Origin: Campylobacterota bacterium
Lineage (GTDB): Bacteria; Campylobacterota; Campylobacteria; Campylobacterales; Sulfurovaceae
Direction: 5' to 3'
DNA length: 64,000 nt
NCBI GenBank assembly: GCA_015494795.1
Contig: WGAM01000134.1
Location: 3,069-67,068, forward strand
Part shown: in pieces, positions 38,397 through 48,408 of the stretch
Layout of the letters: every line of letters starts with the position of its first letter
How positions within the stretch are numbered: position 1 is the stretch's first letter
Position numbers and translations under genes: made by a program
The notes under the pieces: model-generated
The model's database searches: none
What the model was told of the DNA's origin: nothing
The model's input: the letters and a program-made list of their open reading frames with translations, nothing else

Positions 38397-38424
38397 CCTC
38401 GCCGTTAAGGGCGGGGTAGTTCAC
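38397..38424 (+). repeat. orphan copy of the tnpB-element right-end hairpin plus tail
   Basis: CCUCGCCGUUAAGGGCGGGGUAGUUCAC compared with minus-strand 2273-2246 CCUCACCCUUUAGGGUGGGGUAAUUGAC gives 22/28 identical with no gaps. One compensatory pair change (A:U to G:C) occurs, and the U.G wobble sits at the same stem position. Confidence 0.65.
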
Positions 38425-40748
38425 AGATATTCTCCTCTCTGACATAGTAATCTATAGTCACAATAGTTACATCTACTCAACTCTTCACATTTAGAGGCTA
38501 CTACCTCTCTACTCTCTTTTAAATTATCTATAATCTTATATAATATTTTACTTTTTGCCTCTAACTCTGTAATAGGAACTATATCTCCACTAAAAAGCTC
38601 TACAAAGGCTAATTTCATATTTCTATATCTATCTTTTAAAATCTCACTATATATACTCATCTGAAAATCTGTTAACTTATCTAAATTCTTAACTCGATTT
38701 GCTTCCGATATTGAGCCACTCTTATAATCTAATATAAGCCTTATATCCTCATTTTTATCAATACGGTCAACTATACCTTTAAATCTAATACCATTAATAG
38801 TTCCCTCTATACTCTTCTCTATCTCTTCTACTCTCCAACCATCTATAAAATGGTCTATCTGTTTATCTATAAATCTATCTAGCTTTTTTCTCCACAAAAG
38901 TTTATTAAACTCTATCTTAGCATTTTTATTCTCTAAGAGAGTATTAAATAGTCTATCTATATTATATTTTATCTCCTCAATACTCTTAAAATGTGTTCTA
39001 TTTTTAAAAAGCTTTTCTAATAGATGGTGTAGAAATCTACCCTCATTTATCTCTTCATCATCTTTAGCCTTTAATTTCTGCTCATATTGATAGTAGTATT
39101 TCCTTTTACAACTTAAAAATGTTTTTACTCTTGTGGCTGACCATATAATATTTTCTGCACTAAAATTTTTAATAATAGGGTCACTTCTTTTAATGATTTG
39201 AGATGGTTGATTATATAAAATCTTTAGATTTGGCTCTACTTCTCTACCTACTCCTAAATTTAACTCATATAGATATGAGGCAGGTGACCTATTACTGCTT
39301 TGAGAGTATAGAATAATAGAGTTTTCAGACTGCTCTAATGCTCTCTTATATAGCTGTTTTTGATGTGCTTCTCTATCTGTTTTAGTTGGAAGATTTGATA
39401 ATTTTCTTATATTTGAGTTTAGAAAGTTATCTTTAGCAGGAATGGCAGGAACTATTCCATCATTAAAATCTAAAACTATTAAACCTCTAAACTTAACACC
39501 TCTAGTCTCTAACGCTCCAAGAACTGTAACTTTTCCACCTCTAACATCATCAATAGTTAGTTTAGATAATCTCTTTAACCATAAAAATAACCAACTCTTT
39601 AGACTCATCTCCTCTTTTTTAAAGACTCTTTTAAAATTAAGATAGCTACTCTTAACTATCTCTTCTTCTAAATTAAAATCTATAAAATCAAAACTATTAA
39701 AAAACTCATCTACTCCTACTATATCATTTGATGATAACTCTTTTAATTTCTCTATAGAGATATTATATCTCTCTAATAGCTCTATTGACTCTTTGGAAAA
39801 ATCTTTCCAATATAGATTAATTGCATCTAGCTCTTTATAGTTTCTACTCTTAGAGTAGTCAAATCCCATAGCAAAGTTTAGATTATTATATGAGTCATAT
39901 AGTTTTAGAGTATCTTTAAATTTTTCATCTGGTAAAACTACTGCAATATCATCTGGAGATATACCACTATTTACCATCTTCTGTATCTCTTCAAATAGGA
40001 TTGGAATTTGAGATAATCTCTCCTCTACACTTAAGACCTTAGCATTAATTCTCATACTATTTGGTTTAATATCTATAATCTTTTTAGTATGTAAATCTAA
40101 AGAGATAAAGCTATCTATTGGTAGCTCCTCAATCCCCATATCTAAAAATCTCTCTTGAACCTTTTTATTAAATTTACTAGTTTCAAAATGTATAATAAAT
40201 GGTTTACTCTCTGCTATTTGCTCTATAAGCTGAAGTTCAAATTTAGTTAAATATCCCTCTAAGAAGAGTTCAAATCTGCTGAAGTTATCTATAAATCCAT
40301 AATTTAATCTATATATATCGGGGATAAATGCTTTATCTGTTAAACCTCTATCTTCTAATAGCTCTTTATAATTCTCTAATAACTTTTTTAGTAGATTTAT
40401 ATCTCTATCAAACTCTGCAAATATATCTCCACCTATCAAATCATCAAAAGAGACCATCTCATAACTTAACTCTTCAAAAAATTTAAGTATTGAGTCACTT
40501 TTAGTAAAAAATCTAATTAAATCTCTATCTATTTTAAGATGTTCAAAATCTTCAAATCTTGACGCCTCTTTTAGAAGTAGAACTCTTTGAAGAGGCTCAA
40601 CCATTCTAAGATTTGGTAAAATTAAAATTTTTTGCTCAAACTCATAAATAGATATAAGAGTTGGCATAAAACCACTTATACTCTTTAACTCATTATAAGC
40701 ACTTCTAATTGCCCTTGATGTAGGATAGATATATAGAGTCTTAATAAT
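38421..40748 (-). CDS. addB: AddB-type PD-(D/E)XK nuclease with Fe-S cluster cysteines; probable ATT start (first ATG is at 40667)
   Basis: The C-terminal nuclease block is GIVDRIDK...ILDYKSG. The cysteine pattern is FLSC...C-x7-C-x2-C-x5-C (CEELSRCNYCDYRLLC). The frame is open for 27 codons upstream of the first ATG, right up to the stop of the preceding gene. Confidence 0.7.
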   Translation of the reverse strand: MIKTLYIYPTSRAIRSAYNELKSISGFMPTLISIYEFEQKILILPNLRMVEPLQRVLLLKEASRFEDFEHLKIDRDLIRFFTKSDSILKFFEELSYEMVSFDDLIGGDIFAEFDRDINLLKKLLENYKELLEDRGLTDKAFIPDIYRLNYGFIDNFSRFELFLEGYLTKFELQLIEQIAESKPFIIHFETSKFNKKVQERFLDMGIEELPIDSFISLDLHTKKIIDIKPNSMRINAKVLSVEERLSQIPILFEEIQKMVNSGISPDDIAVVLPDEKFKDTLKLYDSYNNLNFAMGFDYSKSRNYKELDAINLYWKDFSKESIELLERYNISIEKLKELSSNDIVGVDEFFNSFDFIDFNLEEEIVKSSYLNFKRVFKKEEMSLKSWLFLWLKRLSKLTIDDVRGGKVTVLGALETRGVKFRGLIVLDFNDGIVPAIPAKDNFLNSNIRKLSNLPTKTDREAHQKQLYKRALEQSENSIILYSQSSNRSPASYLYELNLGVGREVEPNLKILYNQPSQIIKRSDPIIKNFSAENIIWSATRVKTFLSCKRKYYYQYEQKLKAKDDEEINEGRFLHHLLEKLFKNRTHFKSIEEIKYNIDRLFNTLLENKNAKIEFNKLLWRKKLDRFIDKQIDHFIDGWRVEEIEKSIEGTINGIRFKGIVDRIDKNEDIRLILDYKSGSISEANRVKNLDKLTDFQMSIYSEILKDRYRNMKLAFVELFSGDIVPITELEAKSKILYKIIDNLKESREVVASKCEELSRCNYCDYRLLCQRGEYL

Positions 40749-41384
40749 CTAATCCTCTTTAAAATAGTTAAGAAATCTCTCTCTATATGTTTTAATATAC
40801 TCATGTTGTGCCTCTTTTAACTCTTTAGTCATAGGAGTTGTACTATTTGACTCTTTAAACCATATAATATTTATTCTTCCATCTCCAAGTTTCATATTTA
40901 CTGTAAGAGTATTTTTATCATGTTTAATATCTATTACATCTTTTTTAATCTCTGTTTGAAGAGTAGGATTTGTCATATTTGAGTCTATTGTTATATTAGA
41001 ATCTTTTGTAATCTCTGGAGAGTATATAATTCTTTTAAAAAATTTATTATCCTGTTTATGAAAAATACCATTATATTGATTAGATGTTTTTAAATTCCCT
41101 ATTTTCATTGTAAAGTAGTATCCATAATCATCACTATCAAGTTTTTCAATAATTAAACTAGAGCTAGTAACAATTTGTGATTGACGGTCTAATTTACCGT
41201 TATATGAAAAGTTACCCTCTTGAAGAGTATAAGTTCCTTGAAGAGTTGGTGAAATTATACTCGATTTAACTATATTTATAGTTTTCTTTTGTTTAGTTAT
41301 TTCTGTTATAGATAAATCCTCAATATTTTTTCCACAACCAATAAAAAATAATCCAATAATAAATAAGCTAATAATATATGGCAT
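40749..41384 (-). CDS. lipoprotein of unknown function
   Basis: 211 aa. Lipobox-like LFFIGCGK. Confidence 0.55.
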   Translation of the reverse strand: MPYIISLFIIGLFFIGCGKNIEDLSITEITKQKKTINIVKSSIISPTLQGTYTLQEGNFSYNGKLDRQSQIVTSSSLIIEKLDSDDYGYYFTMKIGNLKTSNQYNGIFHKQDNKFFKRIIYSPEITKDSNITIDSNMTNPTLQTEIKKDVIDIKHDKNTLTVNMKLGDGRINIIWFKESNSTTPMTKELKEAQHEYIKTYRERFLNYFKED

Positions 41385-41461
41385 TTAAACTCCTAAACTC
41401 AAATTTTTTTTATTATAACAGAAAAAAGATAACAATTTTTTAACAGATGATTAATAACTTT

Positions 41462-43660
41462 TTAAAGTTTTACTATAGTAACTCCTAAATTCCCTTTTTG
41501 TCCATAAAATGATTGCAGTTTTGGATAGGATTTTAGATAATCTATAATCACTTTTTTTAAAATCCCTTTTCCTGTTCCATGAATAATCTCAACTTCTGAA
41601 AAACCATTAACTAATGCATCTGATAGGAATATATCAAGTTTTTCTAAGGCTTCATCTGCAAAACAGCCTAAAAGTTTAATAGATAGTGCTCCTCTATCAG
41701 GTTTTTCAACTCTTATATTAGTTTTTGGTTTTTTAATTTTTGGTAACTGCTCTATCTTTTTAAGTTTAGATAGTGCAACTCTCATCTTTAATCCATCTAC
41801 CTCGATAGTTGCATCTTCACCTCTAATAGATAATATATCGCCCTTTAATGAGCGATATTTTACTCTATCTCCAATCTCTAAAATATCTCTATTTAGTTGT
41901 TTTACCTCTTTTACTCGCTTTGAGTTCTCTTTAAATCTATGAGCCTCATTTAGTAGTCGTCTCCCATCTTTGGAATCTTTTACTCTTATTGCCTCTCTAG
42001 CTCTCTTTATAGCTGCATTATATCTATTCTCTAGAGTGGCTATAGCTTTTCTATGTTGCTCATTTAATCTCTCTTCAACTCTCTCTAAATTAATTCTCTT
42101 TTTCTCTAAAGATTTTAATTCACTATCTATCTTTTTAATCTTTAACCTCATCTCTCTCTCTAGTGAAGTTGACTTTTCTATTAGTTCATTTAAATTCTCT
42201 TTATCCTCTCCATAAATCTTTTTAGCTCTCTCTATAATATAAGAGGGGATACCATATCTATCTGCTGTCTCAAATGCGTAACTCTTTCCAATACTCCCTT
42301 GTAGAAATGTATAGGTTGGTTCTCTTTTTGCTTCATCATATAGTGCTGCAATAAGCTCTACATCATCATCACCACTCATAAGTGATGCTAATCTCTTATG
42401 GTGAGTTGTAACAATAAATGTAATATCTCGTTTTCTTAACTCATTAAGAATTACTCTAAATAGAGCCGATGCCTCATCACTATCTGTTCCAAGCTCTATC
42501 TCATCAACTCCAACAATCGCTCTCTCTTTTTCAAAGAGTTTAGCAAACTCTACCATTCTACCTGCAAATGTAGATATATCATTTTTAACAGATTGTGGGT
42601 CATCTATTACAGCCTCAATAGATTTATATCTTCCTATCTTAGTGTTGCTAGAGTCACATCTAAATGGTAATAGATTTCTACTCATATATACACTACTAAG
42701 TAGAGATTTTAAAAGCATAGTCTTTCCACCTGCATTTACCCCTGTAATTAACATTACAGACTTATCAAGATTTATATCGATAGGTTTTGGATTATCAATA
42801 GCTGGGTGGGCAAATCTACTTAGTTTTATCCCTTTTGATTTAGAGGGTAATATAAACTCATAATCATAACTTTTAGCAAATCTAACACGAGCTTGATAGT
42901 GGTCAAATCTATCATACTCTCTATTTATAAATCTTAAAAAGAGATAATATTTATGAAAAATAGTAGAGAACTCTTTAGCATATCTATATATTAACTCTTC
43001 TCTTTTTGATAATAAGTTTGACTCTCTCTCTTTTAGATGTGAGATGGTTTGAGGTATAATATAGAAAAATCCTCCCGTTGTTCTTCCAACTACAGATGCT
43101 TTTACTACTCTATTAAATCCACCTCTAACAAGTAGAGTCTCTTCTCCATTTAAAAAGTGAATTTGAGTGTCAACTAGATAATCTTTTAGTTTAGAGGAGT
43201 GTGCCATCTTATATAGAGACTCTTTAATGGATACTCTATTTAACTTTATAGCTCTATCTATATCATATAGCTCTGGCTCTTTTTCTGGGTTTAAATCTCC
43301 CTCATCTGTAAAATAGAGTAAAATATTATTAATCTCATCTGGTATATTAATATCAAATATCCATCTATTTAGTGGCTCAGGAAGAGTTAGGCTCTTTAGA
43401 GAGTTGAAATAGGCTACTATTATCATAAAATTATAAATCTCTTTTAGCCCTAAAACCCCATACTTTTTAATACGATTTAACTCTATATCTAAATTTGAAA
43501 CAGCTTTAATCTCTGGAAACTCTATCTTAGATAAAGCATCTATATATCTATAGTGTTGATTTATATCTCCAACTAATGCTATATCTTTATCTCGTGCATA
43601 GAACTTTTTAAAATTCTCTATAAATATCTCTAAATCTAATTTCTCTATTAAGCTTTTCAT
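41462..43660 (-). CDS. mutS2: endonuclease MutS2 (MutS ATPase plus C-terminal Smr domain)
   Basis: 732 aa. Walker A GVNAGGKTMLLK, a coiled-coil linker, and an Smr domain with EVEIIHGTGKGILKK. Confidence 0.9.
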   Translation of the reverse strand: MKSLIEKLDLEIFIENFKKFYARDKDIALVGDINQHYRYIDALSKIEFPEIKAVSNLDIELNRIKKYGVLGLKEIYNFMIIVAYFNSLKSLTLPEPLNRWIFDINIPDEINNILLYFTDEGDLNPEKEPELYDIDRAIKLNRVSIKESLYKMAHSSKLKDYLVDTQIHFLNGEETLLVRGGFNRVVKASVVGRTTGGFFYIIPQTISHLKERESNLLSKREELIYRYAKEFSTIFHKYYLFLRFINREYDRFDHYQARVRFAKSYDYEFILPSKSKGIKLSRFAHPAIDNPKPIDINLDKSVMLITGVNAGGKTMLLKSLLSSVYMSRNLLPFRCDSSNTKIGRYKSIEAVIDDPQSVKNDISTFAGRMVEFAKLFEKERAIVGVDEIELGTDSDEASALFRVILNELRKRDITFIVTTHHKRLASLMSGDDDVELIAALYDEAKREPTYTFLQGSIGKSYAFETADRYGIPSYIIERAKKIYGEDKENLNELIEKSTSLEREMRLKIKKIDSELKSLEKKRINLERVEERLNEQHRKAIATLENRYNAAIKRAREAIRVKDSKDGRRLLNEAHRFKENSKRVKEVKQLNRDILEIGDRVKYRSLKGDILSIRGEDATIEVDGLKMRVALSKLKKIEQLPKIKKPKTNIRVEKPDRGALSIKLLGCFADEALEKLDIFLSDALVNGFSEVEIIHGTGKGILKKVIIDYLKSYPKLQSFYGQKGNLGVTIVKL

Positions 43661-43764
43661 TATGCGATTATAGCATAGTTTAAATTTTAAAATGAGTCAT
43701 ATTTTAACTTTAGTTTTTATATATTATATTCTTCTCTTTTCTTTTATAGATAGCTCTTGATTTC

Positions 43765-44598
43765 TCATTTATTAGAAAATTTAAAATTTTTTTCCATTTT
43801 TATAGCTTCATCACTTCCATAAATTACAATATCTCTATCTACAATAATCTCTTGTTGGCTAATCTTATTTGGATATTCAACAAAATTTAAAATATGTTTA
43901 ATGGTATTTAATCTAGCTCGTCTCTTATTATCACTCTTAATAACTGTCCAAGGGGCTGTAGATGTATGTGTGGTACTCAACATCATAAATTTAGCTAAAG
44001 TATATTCGTCCCATAATCTTTGTGACTCTTTATCTACAGATGATAATTTATACTGTTTTAAAGGGTCATTTTCTCTATCTTTAAATCTTTTTGCCTGTTC
44101 TTTTTTAGATACTGAAAAGTAAAATTTAAATAGTTGAATACCATCTTCAACTAACATCTTTTCAAATTCTGGTACATCTCTTAAAAATTTACGATGTTGT
44201 CTCTCTGTGCAAAATCCCATTACAGGCTCTACCATAGCACGATTATACCAAGACCTATCAAATAGTACAATCTCTCCTCCTGATGGTAAATGAGTTATAT
44301 ATCGTTGAAAATACCACTGTGTCTGCTCTTTATCTGTAGGTTTTTCTAAAGCTACAACTCTAGCACCTCTTGGATTAAGATGGTCTGTAATTCTCTTAAT
44401 CGTCCCACCCTTTCCTGCGGCATCTCTTCCTTCAAATATCATAAGAACCCTAAGCCCTTTCTCTTTAACATAGTTTTGAAATTTTAAAAGCTCGACTTGA
44501 AGTTTTCTTAACTCCCTTTCATACTCAATTTTCTCTCTATTTACCCATATTTGAACTTTTTTACCTTTTTTATTATTATTTTTAATCTCTTTTTCCAA
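43765..44598 (-). CDS. ppk2: polyphosphate kinase 2
   Basis: 277 aa. FEGRDAAGKGG Walker A, FDRSWYNR and the PPK2 lid region are present. Confidence 0.9.
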   Translation of the reverse strand: MEKEIKNNNKKGKKVQIWVNREKIEYERELRKLQVELLKFQNYVKEKGLRVLMIFEGRDAAGKGGTIKRITDHLNPRGARVVALEKPTDKEQTQWYFQRYITHLPSGGEIVLFDRSWYNRAMVEPVMGFCTERQHRKFLRDVPEFEKMLVEDGIQLFKFYFSVSKKEQAKRFKDRENDPLKQYKLSSVDKESQRLWDEYTLAKFMMLSTTHTSTAPWTVIKSDNKRRARLNTIKHILNFVEYPNKISQQEIIVDRDIVIYGSDEAIKMEKNFKFSNK

Positions 44599-44620
44599 AA
44601 TTACTCCTATTTTAATACAA

Positions 44621-46234
44621 TTAAATAGATTTTTCTAAAACCTTTTCAACTAATATATCAGAGACTATATCTCTGCTATTAATAATATTTTTAATATTTA
44701 AATCTTTAAGAACATCAGCTTCAGAGCTATTTCGAACTTTTACAATAGTATTAATATCAGCATTAAATGAGTTAATATTTTCACAAACTAAACGCATCTG
44801 ATGTTCATTAGATATAGTTACAACTACAGCTATAGACTCTTTTATATTAAAGTGTTCTAAAACACTCTTTTGAGCAGAGTTTGCTAAAAATATAGCCCTT
44901 TCTCCATTAGCAATAGCATTATCTACCAACTTTATATCATGCTCTAAGATTACATATAAAATATCTCTATCTCTTAGTTTATTTGATAACTTTTTTCCTG
45001 TAACTCCATATCCACATATAATTACATGATTTTTATATCCTGTTGATTTTATTGCTCTCTCTCTAAGTACAGTCGGCTCTTTAAAGAAGATATTGGCTAT
45101 TGATTTTATATTATTAAGTATAAATGGTGTTAAAATCATAGAGAGTACAACAGTCATAATCATAATTTGATTTGTATCAGATAATATTAAATGGTTACTA
45201 AATGCTAATGAAAATATTGCTAAAGCAAACTCTCCTACTTGCATCAGAGTAAAAGCACTCTTAATAGCTGTTCTACTCTGTAGAAAAAACTTTAAAGATA
45301 TAAATATAATTAAAGATTTTACTGCCATTATGGCAAATAGAAGAGTTAAAATAGTTGAACTATATTTAATAGCAATTAGAGGGTCTATCTGCATACCTAT
45401 AGTTACAAAAAATATGCCTAATAGTATGTCTCTAAATGGAATTAAATCAGCCTCTATCTTATAACGATATTTAGTCTCTGCAATTGTCATACCAGCTAAA
45501 AATGCTCCAAGAGAGTATGAAAATCCAAAAAATTCTGCTATGGTAGATGAGGTTATAACTGTTAATAAAACCGAGCCTAAAAATATCTCTTCAGAGTTAG
45601 AGGATATTACCCAATCAAAAAATCTCTCTATAAAAAATTTACCTACAACAAATAGAATAATAAATACAACAATAGCACTAAGTAGAGTATTTATAAGAAG
45701 TTGGGATATAGAGCTATTTTGAGATGTAAAGATAGAAATCATTAAAAGTATTGGAATGACTGCTAAATCTTGAAATATTAGTATTCCAACTGCAACCCTT
45801 CCAAAACCTGTATGTATCTGATTTTTCTCATTAAGTACCTTTAATACAATAGCAGTAGATGAGAGAGATAGAGCAAAACCTATTACAATTGCACTCTTAA
45901 TATCCATTTTAAAGATATATATAGCTAGTGCTGTAAATATAAAACCACTAAGAAATACCTGCATTGCACCATATATAAATACCTCTCTCTTCATACATCT
46001 CATATGTCCAATAGAGAACTCTAAACCTATTGTAAACATTAAAAATACAATACCAAATTCAGCTAAATGAGATAGAGTCTCTTGTGAGTGGAGACCAAAA
46101 TCAAACATCTGCATAGTTATAAGACCTGTAAATATATATCCTATAACTGTAGGTATATCAAATTTTTTTAAAAAAACATTTACAATTGTAGATATGGCTA
46201 TAGTTAAAATAAGTATGAGTAAAATCTGTTCCAT
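44621..46234 (-). CDS. CPA2 cation:proton antiporter with C-terminal TrkA-N (KefB/KefC-like)
   Basis: 537 aa. A membrane domain of about 12 TM helices is followed by the Rossmann motif HVIICGYGVTGKKL. Confidence 0.8.
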   Translation of the reverse strand: MEQILLILILTIAISTIVNVFLKKFDIPTVIGYIFTGLITMQMFDFGLHSQETLSHLAEFGIVFLMFTIGLEFSIGHMRCMKREVFIYGAMQVFLSGFIFTALAIYIFKMDIKSAIVIGFALSLSSTAIVLKVLNEKNQIHTGFGRVAVGILIFQDLAVIPILLMISIFTSQNSSISQLLINTLLSAIVVFIILFVVGKFFIERFFDWVISSNSEEIFLGSVLLTVITSSTIAEFFGFSYSLGAFLAGMTIAETKYRYKIEADLIPFRDILLGIFFVTIGMQIDPLIAIKYSSTILTLLFAIMAVKSLIIFISLKFFLQSRTAIKSAFTLMQVGEFALAIFSLAFSNHLILSDTNQIMIMTVVLSMILTPFILNNIKSIANIFFKEPTVLRERAIKSTGYKNHVIICGYGVTGKKLSNKLRDRDILYVILEHDIKLVDNAIANGERAIFLANSAQKSVLEHFNIKESIAVVVTISNEHQMRLVCENINSFNADINTIVKVRNSSEADVLKDLNIKNIINSRDIVSDILVEKVLEKSI

Positions 46235-46244
46235 TTATAACTTT

Positions 46245-46730
46245 CTATTTATTAATTTTAGCTCTAAAGCCCATTCTATACTCTTTATAGGCAGGAATGC
46301 TTTTAAAAAAGAACTCAATATAGTTATAGTTTTCGCTCTTATTCTCATTTTGAGTAAGTGTTGCTCCCCCATCAGTCGAATAACTAATAATGCAACCTCC
46401 ATCACAAATAGCAGAACCATTAATATATTTAGCTCCATCTGGAATAGGATTTTTTACAACTATACCTTTTCTTGACTCACTATTACTATTTATTACTCTA
46501 TTGATATAAACAACACTACTCCCAATCTTTACTCTTTTCACTGGAATATTTTTTCCATTTCTCTCTTGAAATACAAAAGTCTCCAAAATAATATTTTTAA
46601 GGGGATTTTGGCTAACTTCTTGATTGACCTCTTTAATCTCCTCTTGATTATACTGCTCATCATAATTTATAGTACTACCCATAGAATATAATAGGTTAAA
46701 TATAAAAAATATTAATAGTAAAATTCTCAT
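46245..46730 (-). CDS. small secreted protein with DUF11-like fold motif
   Basis: The start was placed at MRILLLIFFIFNLLYS, which has AGGAG 7 nt upstream and avoids overlap with guaA. The segment VVKNPIPDGAKYINGSA resembles the DUF11 repeat consensus. Confidence 0.45.
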   Translation of the reverse strand: MRILLLIFFIFNLLYSMGSTINYDEQYNQEEIKEVNQEVSQNPLKNIILETFVFQERNGKNIPVKRVKIGSSVVYINRVINSNSESRKGIVVKNPIPDGAKYINGSAICDGGCIISYSTDGGATLTQNENKSENYNYIEFFFKSIPAYKEYRMGFRAKINK

Positions 46731-46752
46731 AATATAACTCCTTTTAAAAAAT

Positions 46753-48285
46753 CTACTCCCACTCAATAGTAGCAGGAGGTTTAGATGAAATATCATAGAC
46801 TACTCTATTTATCCCATCAATCTCATTTATTATTCTTCTACTCATCTGCTCTAAAATATTGTGTGGAATATGTGCAAATGTAGCTGTCATTCCATCAACA
46901 GACTCTACCATACGAATAGCTACAGTATTATCATAAGTTCTATTATCTCCCATAACTCCAACAGATTGAACATTAAGTAGAACAGTAAATGCTTGCCAAA
47001 CTTTATCATAATATCCAGAAGCTTTTAACTCCTCCTGCATAATTGCATCACTCTCTCTAAGAAGTCTTAAAGCCTCCTCATTAACTTCACCCATAACTCT
47101 AATAGCAAGTCCGGGTCCTGGGAATGGGTGTCTTGCTATCATCTGTTTAGGTAACCCTAACTCAAGTCCTAATGCTCTAACCTCATCTTTAAAAATCTCT
47201 TTTAGAGGCTCAACTAATTCAAAACTCATCCAATCAGGAAGTCCACCCACATTATGGTGTGATTTAATTGTTTTTGAAGGGCCTTTTACAGATACAGACT
47301 CAATAACATCAGTATATAGTGTACCTTGTGCTAAAAAACTAACATCTTTATGTCTGCTAGCCTCTCTATCAAATACCTCTATAAACTTCTCTCCAATAAT
47401 TTTTCTCTTCTTTTCTGGGTCTGTAACTCCTTTAAGAGCTTTCATAAACTCATCTTTTGCATCAATAGTAATAAGAGGAATATCTAAGAGTCTAAACATA
47501 TTTTGAACCTGCTCTGCCTCATCTTTTCGAAGAAGTCCTTGGTCAACAAACACACATATTAACTGCTCTTTTGGAAGAGCCTCATGGAGTAGAGCTGATA
47601 CTACAGAGCTATCAACTCCACCACTAACACCACATAATACTTTTTTATCTCCAACTTGCTCTCGTATCGCTTTAATCTTCTCTTTTGCAAAACTTCCCAT
47701 GTTCCAAGTGCTACTACAACCACAAATATATTTTGCAAAGTTTTTTAGAAGTTTAGTACCCTCTACTGTATGGTGTACCTCTGGATGAAACTGAAAAGCA
47801 TATATCTTTTTATCTTCATTAGCAATACTAGCATATGGTGAATTTTCACTTGTTCCAATAACTCTAAATCCATCTGGCAATCTCTCTACTCTATCTCCAT
47901 GACTCATCCATACAGTATTACTACTCATACCTTTAAATATTGGAGACTCTTCTATTGAGAGTTTTGCTTTACCATACTCATGATGTGTAGCAGGAACAAC
48001 CTCCCCACCAAAGTGTTGAGTAATTAGTTGCATTCCATAACATATACCCATAATGGGTAACCCTAAATTCCAAATCTCTTCATCTGGTTTATAGGCATCT
48101 TTAGCATAAACAGATGCAGGACCTCCTGATAATATAATACCTTGTGGTTTTTTTGCCTTTATATTTTTTATATCTTCTCTATATGGAACTACTTCACAAT
48201 AGACTCCACTCTCTCTTAATTTTCTTGCAATTAGTTGTGTATATTGTGAGCCAAAATCTAATACTAATATTGGTACCTGTTTCAT
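46753..48285 (-). CDS. guaA: GMP synthase (glutamine-hydrolysing)
   Basis: 510 aa. GATase (GICYGMQ), the ATP-PPase SGGVDSSV motif, and the C-terminal PPATIEWE are present. Confidence 0.95.
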   Translation of the reverse strand: MKQVPILVLDFGSQYTQLIARKLRESGVYCEVVPYREDIKNIKAKKPQGIILSGGPASVYAKDAYKPDEEIWNLGLPIMGICYGMQLITQHFGGEVVPATHHEYGKAKLSIEESPIFKGMSSNTVWMSHGDRVERLPDGFRVIGTSENSPYASIANEDKKIYAFQFHPEVHHTVEGTKLLKNFAKYICGCSSTWNMGSFAKEKIKAIREQVGDKKVLCGVSGGVDSSVVSALLHEALPKEQLICVFVDQGLLRKDEAEQVQNMFRLLDIPLITIDAKDEFMKALKGVTDPEKKRKIIGEKFIEVFDREASRHKDVSFLAQGTLYTDVIESVSVKGPSKTIKSHHNVGGLPDWMSFELVEPLKEIFKDEVRALGLELGLPKQMIARHPFPGPGLAIRVMGEVNEEALRLLRESDAIMQEELKASGYYDKVWQAFTVLLNVQSVGVMGDNRTYDNTVAIRMVESVDGMTATFAHIPHNILEQMSRRIINEIDGINRVVYDISSKPPATIEWE

Positions 48286-48371
48286 GAATTTCCTTTTTTA
48301 AGTCTATTATTGAAGTTTTAATTTTAAATGTGAGATTATACACTATATTTTATATATAGTAAATAGAAGCA

Positions 48372-48395
48372 AAGCATAGCCTAAAAGCTATGCTT
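48372..48395 (-). terminator. hairpin terminator downstream of the NhaD-like gene
   Basis: Perfect 9-bp inverted repeat AAGCATAGC / GCTATGCTT with a 6-nt loop, 14 nt after the stop. The following minus-strand sequence is only moderately T-rich. Confidence 0.5.
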
Positions 48396-48408
48396 ATAAT
48401 AGAATATC

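Noticed and set aside
38381-38424. The GC-rich spacer as a tRNA or tmRNA fragment, or an integration att site.
   Set aside because: It is only about 40 nt long and has no cloverleaf arms or T-loop consensus (GTTCRANYC). It aligns instead to the tnpB right-end hairpin, so it is reported as that.
46194-46475. ORFs at 46194-46475 (+) and 46235-46438 (-), and the long N-terminal extension of the 46245-46796 ORF into guaA.
   Set aside because: These are alternative frames of the small DUF11-like gene region. The AGGAG-supported ATG at 46730, followed by a signal peptide, gives a coherent protein without overlapping guaA.
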